Assembly (NCBI RefSeq): GCF_006345805.1
Contig: NC_043008.1
Span: 68,386,001 to 68,450,000 of the forward strand
Reading direction: 5' to 3'
DNA from: Octopus sinensis
Lineage: Eukaryota
DNA: 64,000 nucleotides
The position numbers and the translations under genes are program-made. Positions 1 to 14,248 of the stretch are shown here, in pieces (positions within the stretch are counted from its first letter, which is position 1; each line of letters starts with the position of its first letter). Below the pieces are notes generated by a model. That model made no database searches. It was not told where the DNA came from and was given only the letters and a program-made list of their open reading frames with translations.

Positions 1-2178
1 TGATAGAGGAAGAGGAGCAGGTGTCTTGCTGAAGAGGTTAATACATGGCTTGTCCACCTGGAAAGTGAGAAAGAGATGTGAGGTCCAGGTACAACATGAC
101 TATAAGACAGAATAGGATAAAAGAGTGGAAAAGGTGGATGTGTAGGTAAGTGCACTGAGTGAAAGTAGTGTGACAGATGATTAGAGATAGAAGACATTTA
201 CACACAATCTTTCGCATTGGGAACGGATTCAAAGCAAATTACTTTACCCCATACTGTCACACCTGTACTTGTAATAAGCAATATATATTTTCTTATAAAT
301 TAGACATAACCATGTAGTTGAAAAATTTACTTCCCAACTGTAAAGTTTCGGGTTTAGATCCACTGTATGGTACCTTGAGCAGGTGTCTTCTACTATAGCC
401 CCAGACTAACCAAAACCTTCTAAATGCATTTGGTAGATGGAAGCCTGAAGAAGCCCATCATGTATATATTTTTATTCTTTTACTTCTTTCAGTCATTTGA
501 CTGTAGCCATGCTGGAGCCTTGAAGGTTTTTAGCCAAACAAATCAACCTCAGGACTTATATTTTTTAAGCCTAGTACTTATTCTATCAGTCTCTTTTGCC
601 AAACTGCTAAGTTATGGGGACATAAACACACCAATACCAGTTGTCAAACTGCATCTCATCTAAACTGACTCTCTCCCTAATTAGTTGGGTTATGACCGTC
701 TCTGTGACCTTCATTACCTGATCCAATATATATTGTGTTATGCTAAAATGTCTTGAATGATACCAGAATTTTTGACTCAGGTCAAATGTAACAAATTACT
801 CTAAAATGTTGTTAGAGAAGCTGCATAAGTAGAGTCTGGAATGGTTAATTTGTACTGACACTTTATTTCATGTTGCTCTGCGGGTGGGAGTGTGGCAAAA
901 TTGTTGGCATGTCGGCAGAAATGTGCTATGGTATACCTTCTGGCTCCTTACATTCTGAGTTCAAAACCCACCTGTCTGGAGAAGGTAATGAGAAACTACT
1001 CCAGTCTCCATCCCAAGTCTAGCCATAGAAGCCAAAAGTTCCAGTAATCTACTTAACAGTAGCAGTCGAAGGTAGGGGCACCCCAGGTTGTATGGAGAAA
1101 GTTCACATGCATAGTGCCTTTCCAAGGGCAGATCACCACTTGACTCTGTGTGTGTGTGTGTGTGTGTGTTGGCGTTTTGAAGGGCATCCAGCTGTAAAAA
1201 CAATACCAAACAGAGGTCACCAGTGTTGGTGTCATGTAAGGTCATTGATATTGAGAAGAGCATATAAAAAACCATGCCCAAAACAGTCATTGAAGCCTGG
1301 TGCAGTCTTTTGCCTAACCAGCTTCTATCAAACCATCCAACTCATACCAGCATGGAAAACAGACATTAATGATGATGATGATGGACTGGGTTTTCATGAC
1401 TGGAATGCCTTTGTATTATTTCCTTTTATTGTAGTTTTTTTTTAATACAAATAATATTTTAAGCAGTAAAAATACAATGTAACTCTGTTACAAATAATAC
1501 TGACATTGTGTTTGAAATCATAAATTTATGCAGAAATTACCATGATTCTATCCAACAAAAATTGCCATCAACTAATACCATATTTCCTGGGAAATGTCAG
1601 ATATCTTTCTAGTTTGTTCATTTTACACCTATTTCCAATGCTAATATGAGTTAGGTGAATATTTTATTGAGGTATTTTTTTAAAGCAGGATGTCCTTCTT
1701 GTTGCTAACTCTTGTTTTTCTAGTAAAGGATTTCTTGTTTCCACCCATTTTTGGAGGTGCAAGGCAAGTGGAGGATTTGTTGACAGGAAAAGTGACGACA
1801 TTTGTAACCTGATAATAAGGATCAGCCTGCAAGAGCACTGTGCCAGTACCACATAAAAAGCACTATGGCTGGCGTCACATATAAAGCATTCATGTTGGTG
1901 CCATGTAAAAGCACTCATGCCAATGTCATGTTGGAAGTACTCAGCACACAGTGTAAAGTGGTTGGCATTAAGAAGGACATGCAGTTATAGGAACTAAGCC
2001 AAATCAGACTGGAACCTGGTGCAGCTTTCTGGCTTGTCAGCTCTGGCCACACCATCCAACCCTTGCCAGCATGGAAAATGGACATTAAAGGATGATGATG
2101 ATATATATATTTATCAATATTAAAAATATACATATATTCATATTTTGAGTTCTATTTTCCCTGTTTCCATTAACACGC

Positions 2179-2179
<1 letters not shown>

Positions 2180-2229
<50 letters not shown>
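2180..2229 (+). repeat. (CA)n microsatellite, representative of many (TA)n, (CA)n, (TAA)n and (GAT)n tracts
   Basis: Direct inspection. Confidence 0.95.
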
Positions 2230-2231
<2 letters not shown>

Positions 2232-2456
2232 TACACATTGTGGGCTCCTTTCAGTTTCTGTTGACCAGATTCACTCATAAGAATTTGTCAACCTGGTACT
2301 ATAATTGAAGATACTTGCTTCCCAACCACATGGTTCTGGGTTCAGTCCAACTGCATAGCACTTTTGGCAAGTATTTTCGATTATAACCTTGGGCTGACCA
2401 AGGCCTTGTGGGTGTATTTGGTTGACAGAAACTGAAAGAAGCCTATTGTGCATATA

Positions 2457-3728
2457 CAGAGTGCAGTGAATAAATTGTCACCTAATTTACACAGAAATCA
2501 AAATAACACTGACATCTCATTTTAAGAGATATATTTACTAAAATTACTTAAAAATATCTTGAAATACTAAAGAGTAAATTTATTTAATAAAATCACGATC
2601 GGCTTCAACCATAGCCTCCGGACGACTTCGGAACCTTCTGTAACTCTGGTCTCCTTGTCTAAGTTGGTGAATGCTGCCATAATCTTTGCCTTCAGTTCAT
2701 CTTTGGTGTTACAAGGAGTTTGGTTAGTTTCTTGCTCAACTGTGCCCCACGCATAATAATCAAAGAGGTTGCAGTCTGGGGAGTTAGGTGGCAAGATGTT
2801 AGGGGTGATGTCGTCACAGAAATTGTCTGACAGCCATGACTGAGTTCTCCTTGTGTAGTATGGTGCAGAGTCCTGTTGCCAGATATAGGGTCTTCCAGCA
2901 GCCACCCTCTTGACCCAGGGCAGCACTACATCCTGCAGGCACTTGATGTAGGCCTCTGCATTGAGTGTGAGGCTGTGTGGGAAGATGAATGGAAGCATAA
3001 TGTCGCCATCATTAGTGATCACTCCAAACACCATGATGTTGACTGGATATTTGATTTTTATCACTCTTGGTACATGTTTTGGGAACATGGCAAGTCAGCG
3101 GTTGTTCTGTGTTCACCATCTGATCTTGGCAGAAACTAAAGCATGTTTGGTTGGAGGGGATGCTTGAGTTTGTTCAAAAGCTTCATAGCATGGTCTCTTC
3201 TCTTGTCCTTGATAGCTTGGGATAAAAATTGGCCCTTTCTCATCTTGTACGGGGAATAGTGAATGTCTTCATGCACTACCTGTCTGGTAAGAAACTCAGA
3301 CACTCCCATGTCCCTGGCAATGGACCTGATTGACCTGGAGGGATCATTGTCAATCATAGCCTAGATCTCACCAACTAATTCAGGAGTTCTTTTCTTATCA
3401 GACCAATCAGAGTGAGTTTTCTGAGCTGCCATACTTTTGTAGTCGCCATTAGACCTATCCAACTCTTTCCAAATCCTCTGCACTGTCCTCAGGTTGACAT
3501 CCAAACACTCTGAAATGTTCATATTGGAGCTTCTGGTGTGAATGCCAAGCAGTACAGCATGTTGTTTCCAAATTTCTGGCTGAGTGAATTGCGTCATGGT
3601 GTTGATTTTCTCACAGACGGTGCCCAACTGACCCTACTATACTGTGTAGTTGACAAAATCAAAAACAAAAAGTGCACATGCACGAAATTAAAAATATAAA
3701 ATGGCGACAATTTACCCATCGTACCCTA
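2457..3728 (-). mobile_element. Degenerate Tc1/mariner element, DD37D (maT-like) family
   Basis: Broken transposase in ORFs 3361-3627, 3136-3357 and 2567-3088 (QQDSAP...PPNSPDCNLFDYYAWG). Imperfect TIRs share taaattgtc(a/g)cc; TA flanks. Confidence 0.9.
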
Positions 3729-3904
3729 TATATATATGCATGCATGCAAGCATGGCTGTGTGGTAAGACGCTTGCTTCCCAACCACATGATTCTGAGTTT
3801 AGTCCCACTCCATGGCACCATGGGCATGTGTCTTCTACTATAGCCTTGGGCCAACCAAAGCCTCGTGAGTGGATCTGGTAGACGGAAATTGAAAGAAGCC
3901 CATC

Positions 3905-3942
<38 letters not shown>

Positions 3943-6737
3943 GTTTGTGTGTCTGTGTTTGTTCCCCTCACCATCACTTGACAACCGATGTTGGTGTGTT
4001 TACATCCCTGTAACTTAGCAGTTTGGCAAAAGAGACCAATAAAATAAGTACTAAGCTTACAAGGAATAAGTCTTGAAGTTGATTCGTTCGACTAAAGGTG
4101 GTGCTCGAACATGGCCACAGTCAAATGCCTAAACCAAATAAAAGAATACATATATACATACATGTGTGTGTCTTTGTGTCTGTGTTTGTTCTCCAACACT
4201 GTTTGACTACAAGTATTGGTGTGTTTATGTTCCCATGACTTAGTGGTTTGGCAAAAGAGATGGAGAGAATAAGAACCAGGATAAAAAAAAAATATTCTTT
4301 CAACTAAAAATTCTTCAGGGCAGTGCACCAGCTTGGCCACAGTCTAATGACTGAAACAAGTAAAAGATAAAAGATATATATTGTCACCTTAGAAACATGT
4401 CTGAAACAATAATGTTCTCAGTCACTCCTTTACAAAGCAGTCAATATTTCTTATAAATGCAGCACCTGTTACTCTAATTGATTGCATTTGTATCATCTTC
4501 CAACATATACTTCACTTACCTGATTGCATGTGTACTGCCCATTGCCATGGAAACTAGTGCCGTCCTTTATACAAATATAATGTCTCTTTGTTTCATCTCA
4601 TTGTTTATATTTATGACAGCCTAACAATTAACCTCCTAAAACAGGCATGGATATGTGGTTAAGGAGTTTGTTACATGTCTATATGACCATGAGTTCAATT
4701 CCATTGTGCAGTGTTAGGTCATCTATATAGCTTTGTTAGTGAAATTCAGGTGGGCTGTTTGTTCCTTGGTGGTAAGTTTCATGTGTAACACTACCTCTTG
4801 ACTCTCAAGTGCTTTTAGCAAACTTTACTCTGTTGCAAGAATCCTAGCCTGCTCTCCAGTCTGAAGTGAACTCTATTTCCTTCTTTCCACCAGTCTTAGG
4901 GTCATGGATGGGGCGTCATGGATGTTGTCCTTCTCTTTCTAACTAAGCTATAGAAAAATAAAAAAGAAAAGAGATCAGAAAGGAACCACTGTACCAGGGG
5001 TTAACACCTGGTTCATAGGTATGGTGCAGGTTTATTTTTATATTCTCAGATGAATCCGGTGGTACCTTGCTAGAAATTGGGTATAATGAGATAATGGGTG
5101 GGTTTAGAGAGAGAGAGGAAAAGAACAGAGCTTAAAAGATGAGAGGTATGTACATTGGGGGAACTTAGAGGATGAGAGAGAAGCAGTTGCAAGTACATTA
5201 GGTAGAGAGAGAGAAGCAGTTGCAAGTACATTAGGTAGAGAGAGAGAGAGATTTTAAATGAAGGAGGGCAGGTATATTGGGTGGAGTTACAGAGAGAGAG
5301 GAGAGGTGGCAGGTACAGTGGATGGAGATAAAGAGAGATTAAAGAAGAGACAGGTGCATCCACCTAAAACACTTGAATACTTACTCCCACCCAAAATTTT
5401 TACCCCTATGTAATAACAGACATTGTAATTAAACTGAAAACAATTGTAAACAGCTTGATTAGTTTATGTATATTGTTTGTTTGTGAATGTAATTAAAATA
5501 AGAATAATTAATATAACAGACATTATTTATTGATATAATTAAAAAATATACTGTTTATTAACACAATTAAAATAAGAATAATGTGAATAAATAACCGGCC
5601 GTATCCGGCCCAAACCTGTTTTATACACAAACTGGTCGGATTTGGCTTCTCACATCTAATCTATATTGTTATGCTAAAAATATACAAGCACATCAAAATT
5701 TCAAAGCTATGAAATATTGTATGATTAATTCAAAACGTGAATAAGCAAAAATTACATTTGGCAGAGTAATCTGAATGCTAAAGAGTTAATGTAGCAGAAT
5801 CATTTATTAATGTGATTTCTGTTATTGATGAATGACCAGCAGCAAGTTTTGTGGTATTTGGTTCCAACTTTGATATAAAGCCATAAAGGCATCCTAAATT
5901 TCCATGCTTCCCTACTTCCATCTGGTTTCAGTTTTTGGCTGTGTGGTAAGAAGCTTGCTTCCACACGGTACTGGGTTCAGTCCCACTGTGTGGAATCTTG
6001 GGCCAGCCAAAGCCTTGTGAGTGGATTTGGTGGATGGAAACTGAAAGAAGCATGTCATATATGTGTGTCTTTGTTTGTCCGCCACCACTGGTGTTGGTGT
6101 GTTTATGCCTTCATATCTTAGCAGTTTGCCAAAAGAGACCATCTAATAAGGTCCAGGCTTAAAAAAAAAGAGAAGTACTGGGGTTGATTCATTTGATTAA
6201 AAAAAAAATTCTTCAATGTGTTGCCCCAGCATGGCCACATTCTCACAACTGAAACAAGTAAAAGATGAAAGTTTGAACACAAATAGTTCAATGACCAGGC
6301 ATGTTTTTATGGAAGATTGCAAATGAGTAACACATTTTTTAGTATGAATTGTGTACAACCAGTGTACAAATGTCAAGGCAAGGAGCCACACACAAACATG
6401 CATCCATCCATCGATTCATTCATTCACCCACACATCCGCTCCTGACCTCTTACAATTTCTGACCAAATATGGAAACCAGATGGTTGTAGAGCAGCTCAGA
6501 AATTTATGACTACTTTTATATCAAAGCTGAAACCCAAATATTTCAATACTTGTTGATAGTCATCAACAACAGGGAAATCACAGAAACAAGCATTAACCCT
6601 TTTGATACCAACTAGCCTGAGACCGTCCCACATTATATGACATAAACTTACTGTTTTGAAGTGGTCTAATCTTCCATCAAGATTTTATGCTAAGTTGACC
6701 CAAACCCTAACAAGAAAGTTATTTTATTAAATTCTTC

Positions 6738-7136
6738 ATGTGGTAAGAAGCTTGCTTACCAACCACATGGTTCCGGGTTCAGTCCCACTGCGTGGCACCT
6801 TGGGCAAGTGTCTTTTACTATAGCCTCGGGCCGACCAAAGCCTTGTGAGTGGATTTGGTAGACAGAAACTGAAAGAAGCCCGTCGTATATATGTATATGT
6901 GTATGTATATATATATATATATATATTTGTGTGTCTGTGTTTGTCCCCCCAACATTGCTTGACAATCGATGCTGGTGTGTTTATGTCCCCGTAACTTAGC
7001 GGTTCGGCAAAAGAGACCGATAGAATAAGTACTAGGCTTACAAAGAACAAGTCCTAGGGTCGATTTCCTCGACTAAAGGTGGTGCTCCAGCATGGTCGCA
7101 GTCAAATGACTGAAACAAGTAAAAGAGTAAAGAGAG
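6738..7136 (+). mobile_element. tRNA-derived SINE, representative of the most abundant family (dozens of copies and fragments in the window)
   Basis: B-box gggttcagtccc, CORE-like caccttgggcaagtg, central (TA)n/(TG)n, 3' ggtgctccagcatgg...gactgaaacaagtaaaaga. Other copies at about 3750-4145, 55944-56350 and 59670-60050 (minus). Confidence 0.85.
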
Positions 7137-7453
7137 TATTTAAAAAATTAATTGAAACAAAGACTGCAAATGTTAAACAGGAATATGGTGACAAATGAGT
7201 TAATATCGCCAATGAACTCAGCCATGAAGTAGAAACATTTCAGAGGAAGTCTTTTTAATTTTTTGTTGATTCAGCCAAACTGACACAAACCAAATTATGA
7301 CCCTTGCTGAGGGATAAAGTATAGTGACTGTATTAGAATTAGAACTGGCAACCATATGGTTAGTAGCTTAGCATCATAACCTCCTGGGTCATGTTCCTCA
7401 CATTGTCTTTCATAATAATAAATGTAATCTTTTCTCTTTTGTTTTCATTACAG

Positions 7454-7640
7454 TCCAAGCATCATGGCATCATTTTGAAAGGCCAAGAGATCATTTTGGA
7501 CATATGTACAGCTGAGAACTGCTGCAATGGGAAGATCCATTGCCCCTTCTGTGATATCAATCACTTCAAACCTACAAAATCACACCGGGTCAGAGATCAC
7601 CTAGAGTTGCTACATCTCTCCTATGCAGTACAAGCTGAAG
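7454..7640 (+). CDS. Zinc-finger gene, first identified coding exon (5'-incomplete); Cys/His module half A1
   Basis: Acceptor cattacAG, donor GTgggt; 187 nt, phase 0 to 1; SKHHGIILKGQEIILDICTAENCCNGKIHCPFCDINHFKPTKSHRVRDHLELLHLSYAVQAE. No in-frame Met, so an upstream exon is missing or unidentified. Confidence 0.85.
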
Positions 7641-7719
7641 GTGGGTACTCAAAGATTTCTTCTTACATAATTCAAGAACTTCTGAGATGGAAGGGATTAT
7701 TGCTGCTGTTGATGCTCAT

Positions 7720-7975
7720 CGCAATTTCCTCTTCCCTCTCTCCTTCCTCCCCTTTCCTCTTCCTCTTTCCTCCACAACTCTTCCTCCTCTCCCATCCTTT
7801 CCTCCATTACTCCTCATACTCCTACTTCTCTCTTTGACCTCTTCCCTTTACTCCTCTCCTTCCTTCCCTTCCCTACTTCTCCCCTCCTATTCCCTTCCTT
7901 CTCCCTTCCTGTTCTTCATTCTCCCCTCCTTGTTCCCCTTCCTCCATCTCCCTCGCCTTCTCCCCCTCTCCCCGT
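7720..7975 (+). repeat. CT-rich low-complexity intronic tract
   Basis: Almost pure C/T for about 250 nt; explains spurious ORF 7687-8151. Confidence 0.85.
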
Positions 7976-8170
7976 GGGTAACCATGGGGATTCCAGATGG
8001 GATGCATTGGCATGGAGTAGGGGTATGGTGGAGGGAAGAAATTGAGTTGGAAAATTTTAAGACTACAAAATTGAAATTGGTGTTAAGATGGTGTGCAGTT
8101 GCATTGTTGATTGTAAAATCATTTCCATATCAGGGACTTGAAACCAAGTAATTTTCTTTACTGATTTCAG

Positions 8171-8301
8171 ATGTAACTATAGTGAAATGTTTCTGGTCTT
8201 GTGGTCAGATAGCTGGACATTATCATTGCCCTTACTGTCCTTCAAAATTGCTGAAGCGCTATGCCTTTACTCTGCACCTACATTCGCATATGAAGAAAAT
8301 G
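8171..8301 (+). CDS. Zinc-finger gene exon; module half B1
   Basis: Acceptor gatttcAG, donor GTatgt; 131 nt, phase 1 to 0; (D)VTIVKCFWSCGQIAGHYHCPYCPSKLLKRYAFTLHLHSHMKKM. Confidence 0.88.
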
Positions 8302-8354
8302 GTATGTAAGTCTTTAAATATTCATTTTAAATTCTATGCTTATATTATGTTTAA

Positions 8355-8540
8355 CCCCTTTGATACCAACCTACTTGAGACTGCCCTGGTTCTACGATAT
8401 AAACTTCCTATTTTAAAACAATCTAAATTAAAACCTTTCTTGTGAATTTATGCTCTCAACTTAATAACGACAAAGCCATTTTGCTAAATTCTTTATTAAT
8501 TGAAACATAGGTAGTGCATTTCAATTTGGTTATGAAAGAG
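8355..8540. mobile_element. Degenerate piggyBac-type MITE (third family)
   Basis: TTAA|cccctttgataccaa ... ttggttatgaaagag|TTAA. A related left end starts at 6597. Confidence 0.6.
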
Positions 8541-8828
8541 TTAAATGTCTTGAGATGAGTCATTGTTTTATATAGTTGTAGTTTTGTGTACTCCTCATGC
8601 CTGTGGCCTAGTAGATAAAAGTGTTACTTTTAGTTTAGAAACTAAGGCTTTGACTTCAAATCCAGTTTGATATTAATCAAAATATAAAATGTTGATTTAA
8701 AAGTTTTTTAATTTTTCATATCTAAAGAGGAGGTTGATAGTCTGAATTGTTAAAGCATTATATGGAATTCCTCATGGCATTTGTTCCAGCTCCCTGCATT
8801 CTTAGTTTAAATTAGTAGCAGCAGCAGC

Positions 8829-8861
<33 letters not shown>

Positions 8862-10364
8862 TAATTATTATTATTATACTACACCTTAACTGTATTCAAC
8901 TTTCCCCATAAACTTGTCTGCTCATCCAACAGTTCATACACAATTCTTTACACACTGATTGTTAAAGATTCATCTGTATTCACAGACTGTATATCTGTAT
9001 TGCTGCCAGCTATCTCACCACATACTACATACAGATAAAGGGTAAAGACCCACTTTGGTCATGAAAGACTATGGTATTGCACCTAGAAAGTTCCCCTCCA
9101 AGATACAAGTCTGGGAAAATTTGTTTATAGAAGACCAGCAGTCACCCATGCATACCAGCCTCCCCTCTCCACACCACCAATATTATCCAAGGGAAAGGTA
9201 AAGGCTGATACAGCTTGGCACTAGTGACATCGCAACTCATCTCTACAGATGAGTGAACGGGAGCAATGTGAAATGAAGTGTCTTGCGCAAGAACACAAAA
9301 CACAGTCCAGTCCAGGAATCAAACACATTACCGCATGAATGTGGGCCCGATGCTCTAACCACTGAGCCATGCACATACACACACATAGAGCAGACTATGT
9401 GATATTGTCTGTCTTGTACCAGAGATAGAGAGACTGTTCATTTATAAAGGATCTTGTATCTAGGAGAAAAAAATATATATTGACTGAAGGCACAGGCATA
9501 GCTTACATATATCAGTATAATAAGAAGTATGCTTCCCAACCACATGGATTTAGGTTCAGTCCCACCGTACAGTACCTAGGACAAATGTCTACTGTTATAG
9601 CCATACCCATGCTTAAATACACATGTATTTATACAAACACACACACACAAACATATGCATGTGTATGTGTGTGTATATATACATATGTGTATGTGTGTGA
9701 TTGTATTGATTTTTGTGCTTTGACTTAGCATGATAGTTGTGAGCAAGTGTCACTGTCATGCAAGCAGTGACTTCTGTTTTCAATCTTCTATGAAAATATC
9801 CTTGGTCATGGGCGAAAATATTACCTTAAAGGTGCAGGTGTGGCTGTGCGGTAAGAAGCTTGCTTCCCAACCAAAAGGTTCTGGGTTCAGCCCCACTGCA
9901 TGGCACCTTGGGCAAGTGTTTTCTACTATAGTCTTGTGAGTGGATTTGGTAGACAGAAACTGGAAGAAGCTCATCATGTGTGTGTGCAGGTCTTTGTGAC
10001 AACCAGTTTTGGTGTGTTTACGTCCTTGTAACTTCACAGTTCAGCAAAAGGGAGTGATAGAATAAGTGTCAGGCTTTAAAAAAGCAAAAAAGAAACAAGT
10101 ACTGGGGTTTGATTCATTCAATTAAAAATTCTTCAAGGTAGTGCCTTGGCATGGCCACAGTCTAATGACTGAAACAAATAAAGGATAAAGATTATTCAGA
10201 AACAGGTGAGGGCTGGTGACAGAAAAGGCATCCAGTCATAGAAAATCAACCTCAGCAATTCTGTCCAACCCATGCAAGCATAGAAAAGTGGATAGTAAAT
10301 GATGATTATGATGATATTTTACATTGAGATGATACTAATGTTTGAATACAATATTTCATTTAAG

Positions 10365-10428
10365 GGCAAGGATAAGAGCTGTATCTCTGTGCCAGATCCA
10401 AAATATCCAAATACTATCAAAGGATATG
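10365..10428 (+). CDS. Zinc-finger gene, small linker exon
   Basis: Acceptor ttcatttaAG, strong donor GTaaga; 64 nt, phase 0 to 1, exactly the phase needed to join 8301 to 14249; GKDKSCISVPDPKYPNTIKGY. Confidence 0.6.
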
Positions 10429-10434
10429 GTAAGA

Positions 10435-10465
<31 letters not shown>

Positions 10466-11004
10466 GAGTGAGAGCAATGCATGCCATCAAAGTGACTCTG
10501 GGGTACAAATATACAATGTCCAGTATACCCATCATGACTACCCATCTGATAAGGGTACATCAGGCACATGCATCACAACCATATGTGCACAACATGGCGA
10601 TCTCATATCAAGATAAACAGCACATAACTTTGCAGGTGGGGCCCAGTTAGAATTCTCTTCACATCAAGTAGCCCATCCTGCCCAAAAGGTTCTTGAATAA
10701 GGGTTGTTTTGAGGTTGATGAATGAAACACCCATGTTTCCATAGATAAATTACTCAAACCCCAAAGAATTCCTCTCAACATCCTCTATGATACTTTCCCA
10801 CTACTCCTGCTGATAATCAAAGATGCACTTATCATCAGCTACTAAAAGACATGCTCAACTGGTTAGGGTCAAGCAACTGACAAGTAAGTATGTGGTACTG
10901 AGCAGAATATTTGCTGTAGTCCATCTTTAATACCAAGACAAAACACTTCCAATCAGTTAAGATCAACAGCCATGAGAGCCACTACCAGATACTGCATCAG
11001 GGCA
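10466..11004 (-). mobile_element. About 540-bp interspersed retroelement-like repeat, copy 1
   Basis: Collinear with 47328-47882 with the same boundaries; flanked by (TTA)n. Confidence 0.75.
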
Positions 11005-14000
11005 TTTTATTATTATTGTTACTGTCTTTATGTATTTTTCCCTTTGTTTGTTTTTACATCTGTTTTTACATAAGCTAGATCAGTGGTCCTCAACTGGGAT
11101 CCATATAAGATTTTTGGTGGTTCACACAAGATACTAGTAAATTGCGGAACTACACAACAAAATAATAAATTGGGAATCCACAATATTATTTTAAGGGCCC
11201 CTGAAAAATTTTTTGCTATAAAGATATGTATTACTATGTATTGCAGGAAACATTTAGATTTCTTTCTCTAACATTTTATGTAGTTCAACCTACACAAGGA
11301 AATGTGTGGAAAGCAAAATAGGAATTTGAAAGAAATTTCTATAAAACTAATTTTTAAACATTGATTGGTTATGGTGGGGAGGAGGTCCACCAGAATAAAA
11401 CAGTAAAAGGGTCAATAAATAAAAAATGGTTGAGAACTCCTGGGCTAGATGAATATATTATAGAGAAATTGTTTCATGGCCGAATATCCTTCTTGCTGCT
11501 AACCCTGTCCTATTTTCTTTAATGGGTTATCTTATTCTGCACATCTTTGAGACATAAAGCTGGTGAGAGGGAGAAATGATAGCAAGTCAGTACTCATAGC
11601 TGAGTGGTTTTTGGGAGAAGTGTAAATATAAATAAATGCTCAGACATACACATCACACATCACATGCACACATACATGCACACACACGCACACACAGAGG
11701 CAGAGGCACAGGTATGAATGTATGGTTCAGTTCACTTTCCAATTATGCACATTCAGTCCCACTGTGTAACACCTTGGGTAAGGTGTCCCACTGCGCAGTA
11801 ACAAAGACAAATGTCTACTGTTAGAGCCATAAAGCTAGCAGTTCATTCAGTGACAAGAAGTGACAGCAATTCACTGCTTATGGCTGAGTGATTTTGGAGA
11901 ATTAAATATAAACGAATGCAAACACACACATACACACACTGTCTAGCCATCTCTCATTCTCCCCACACTCTCTTCTATTTACCTTGTGCATTGCAGGCAC
12001 ACTCTGACTCTTTACAGTGCTTTGTCTCTATTTCCAGCTCCACCCTGATTATTCCAACTCATCATCATGATACGTCCATATTCCATAGGTGACGGTTTGA
12101 TAGGAGCTACCCAGCTGAAGAGCTGCCTGGTCTCCAAGTCTGCTTTGGCATGGTTTCTACAGCTGGATGCCCTTCCTAATGCCAATCACTTTACAGAGTA
12201 TATAGGGTGCTTTTATGCAGCACCAGCACAGGTGCTTTTACATGATACTAGTACAGATGCTTTTATGTGGCACCAGCACTTGTGCTTTTTATGTGATACC
12301 AGCACCCATGAACTCATATAAACAATTATCTGTCTATCTATCTGTCTGACTGTCTCTGTCTCTCTCTACATCTATCTAAATGTCATCATCATCATCTAAT
12401 GTATGTTTTCCATGTTGGCGTGGGTTGAACTGTTTGACAGGGGCTGGCCAACTGAAGAGCTCCTCAGGTTCCATGTCTGTTTTGGCATGGTTTCTACAGT
12501 TGGATGCCCCTTCCTAATGCCAACCACTTCCAGTTTACAGAATGTACTGGGTGCTTTTATGCAGCATTGGCATGGGTGGTTTCACATGGCACCAGCACCC
12601 ACAGGCCTGCAAGATGAGGATCACTCAGTTGAAGAGGGATGCAGGGACATGTCTGTATGCAAGGTCAACTGCAATTTTACTTAGCTTGACGTGTCTTCTC
12701 AAGTACAGCAAATTGCCAGAAGTCTTGGTCCCTTGCCATCCCTGCTGTGAACCCAATGTCAGAAGATCCTTTCTCATCACTGTGTCCCATGTCTAATGCA
12801 AGATAACCATGTATCTCCTCTACAGCAAAATACCTGTTCCTGTCCCTCTCAACACCTAGCATAAAAGCCACATCCTTCTCAACCAAACTTTCACTCAGTT
12901 GAGAGGTCTCTTTAGTCTTGTGAGTTACTTGGTAACCCTTATTAGTGCTAATAACACGGAAAAAAAAAGGCATCCAGCTGTAGAAATCATGCTAAAACAA
13001 ACAAATGGAGCTCAGGCAGGGCAGCTCCAGCTGGCTGGCTCTTGTCAACCGTCCAACCAATGCCAGCATGGAGAATGGAATTTACATGACGATGATGATA
13101 GTGTATAGTAGATACAATAAAGAAATAGCAGAAGAAAGCACAGGTCCTGCAAAAGCCATGTACAAGGGGAGATGTATGCCATTTTAAAGTTAGTAGTTTG
13201 CAGAGAACCAAGACTTGATATGTAATGCATAATTAGGAGTGGGTAATAGCAGAAACAACTTACACTAAATTTCATAAGCCATTCAGATGACTCACCAGAT
13301 GTAAATGATACTTGCTCTTATCTTAGTGACTTAAATTAGAGCTGAATGGAGATGTCGTGAAAGCAGAGTAGCTAGAGTAGCAGTGGTAGTTGTTAAGGAA
13401 TTCTTGCCAAGAGTTCCTCTATTGATGCAAAAAGCAGACTGCCTGTGTACGAAGTGTGATGCAGCATTGTAGTATGATGTGAAACTGAATGTGTAAGATC
13501 TATGGAGACAGGAGAAGAATGAGGTTAGTATGATCTGTAGGAAAGGCTGACTATATAAATGAACTGAAATAGTGACAGCATATTAAAGCCATCAATACAT
13601 AGGAGATCTAATTATATTGGTATGGATATGTGAAATGAATAGATGGTGAATATTGGAGTGAAAGTACTCTCTTTGTTCATCAGTAGGGAACATTTGCGGA
13701 AGGAGGACACTTAGGAGGAAGTGGGACACCAGATCTCAGGAAACTGGGCACTGCATATCTTCTGATGAAAGACTAAAATGAGATGTGATAAATTGTAGTG
13801 CGGACCTATGACACTGTGAAAGAACAGATCCTAAAATCTTGATGATGATGAGGATGCTGATGTGTAAGGATAAACAATTAAGTATTTAGCGATCCTCTAG
13901 CTGGTCTAGGGGAGCAGTAACTTCAGAAAATAATTGACTTGGGCTGTGATGATTCATCCACTTCATACAACTGTGGAAAGTGGGTATAAAACAGGAATGA

Positions 14001-14248
14001 TGATGATTATCGTAAATGATAGATATATTTGGTTCTTGACTTTTTGATGTTCAGGGAGAAGATATGTTACTCTAGCTAAATGATATCTCAATATCTGTGA
14101 AATGGTGATAAGCTTTATTAACCTCATGAGCTTAGGGCAATAGACGTTGTAAAGATCATGTTTCTTCCAACTGTCTTTAATGGACTAAGTACTTTGGTCT
14201 TTCACTCTTTTTGACGATTTGAGAAAAAAAATTTCCATCTTTGTTCAG

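Noticed and set aside
2567-3627. Active transposase gene
   Set aside because: The reading frame is split across three ORFs by stops and frameshifts, and the TIRs are diverged.
4954-5018. Candidate upstream exon of the zinc-finger gene (AG...GTatgg)
   Set aside because: Joining in phase 0 would place TAG as the last codon and it has no ATG; the true 5' exon remains unidentified.
7687-8151. 154-aa ORF
   Set aside because: Arises from a CT-rich low-complexity intron tract between two well-supported exons.
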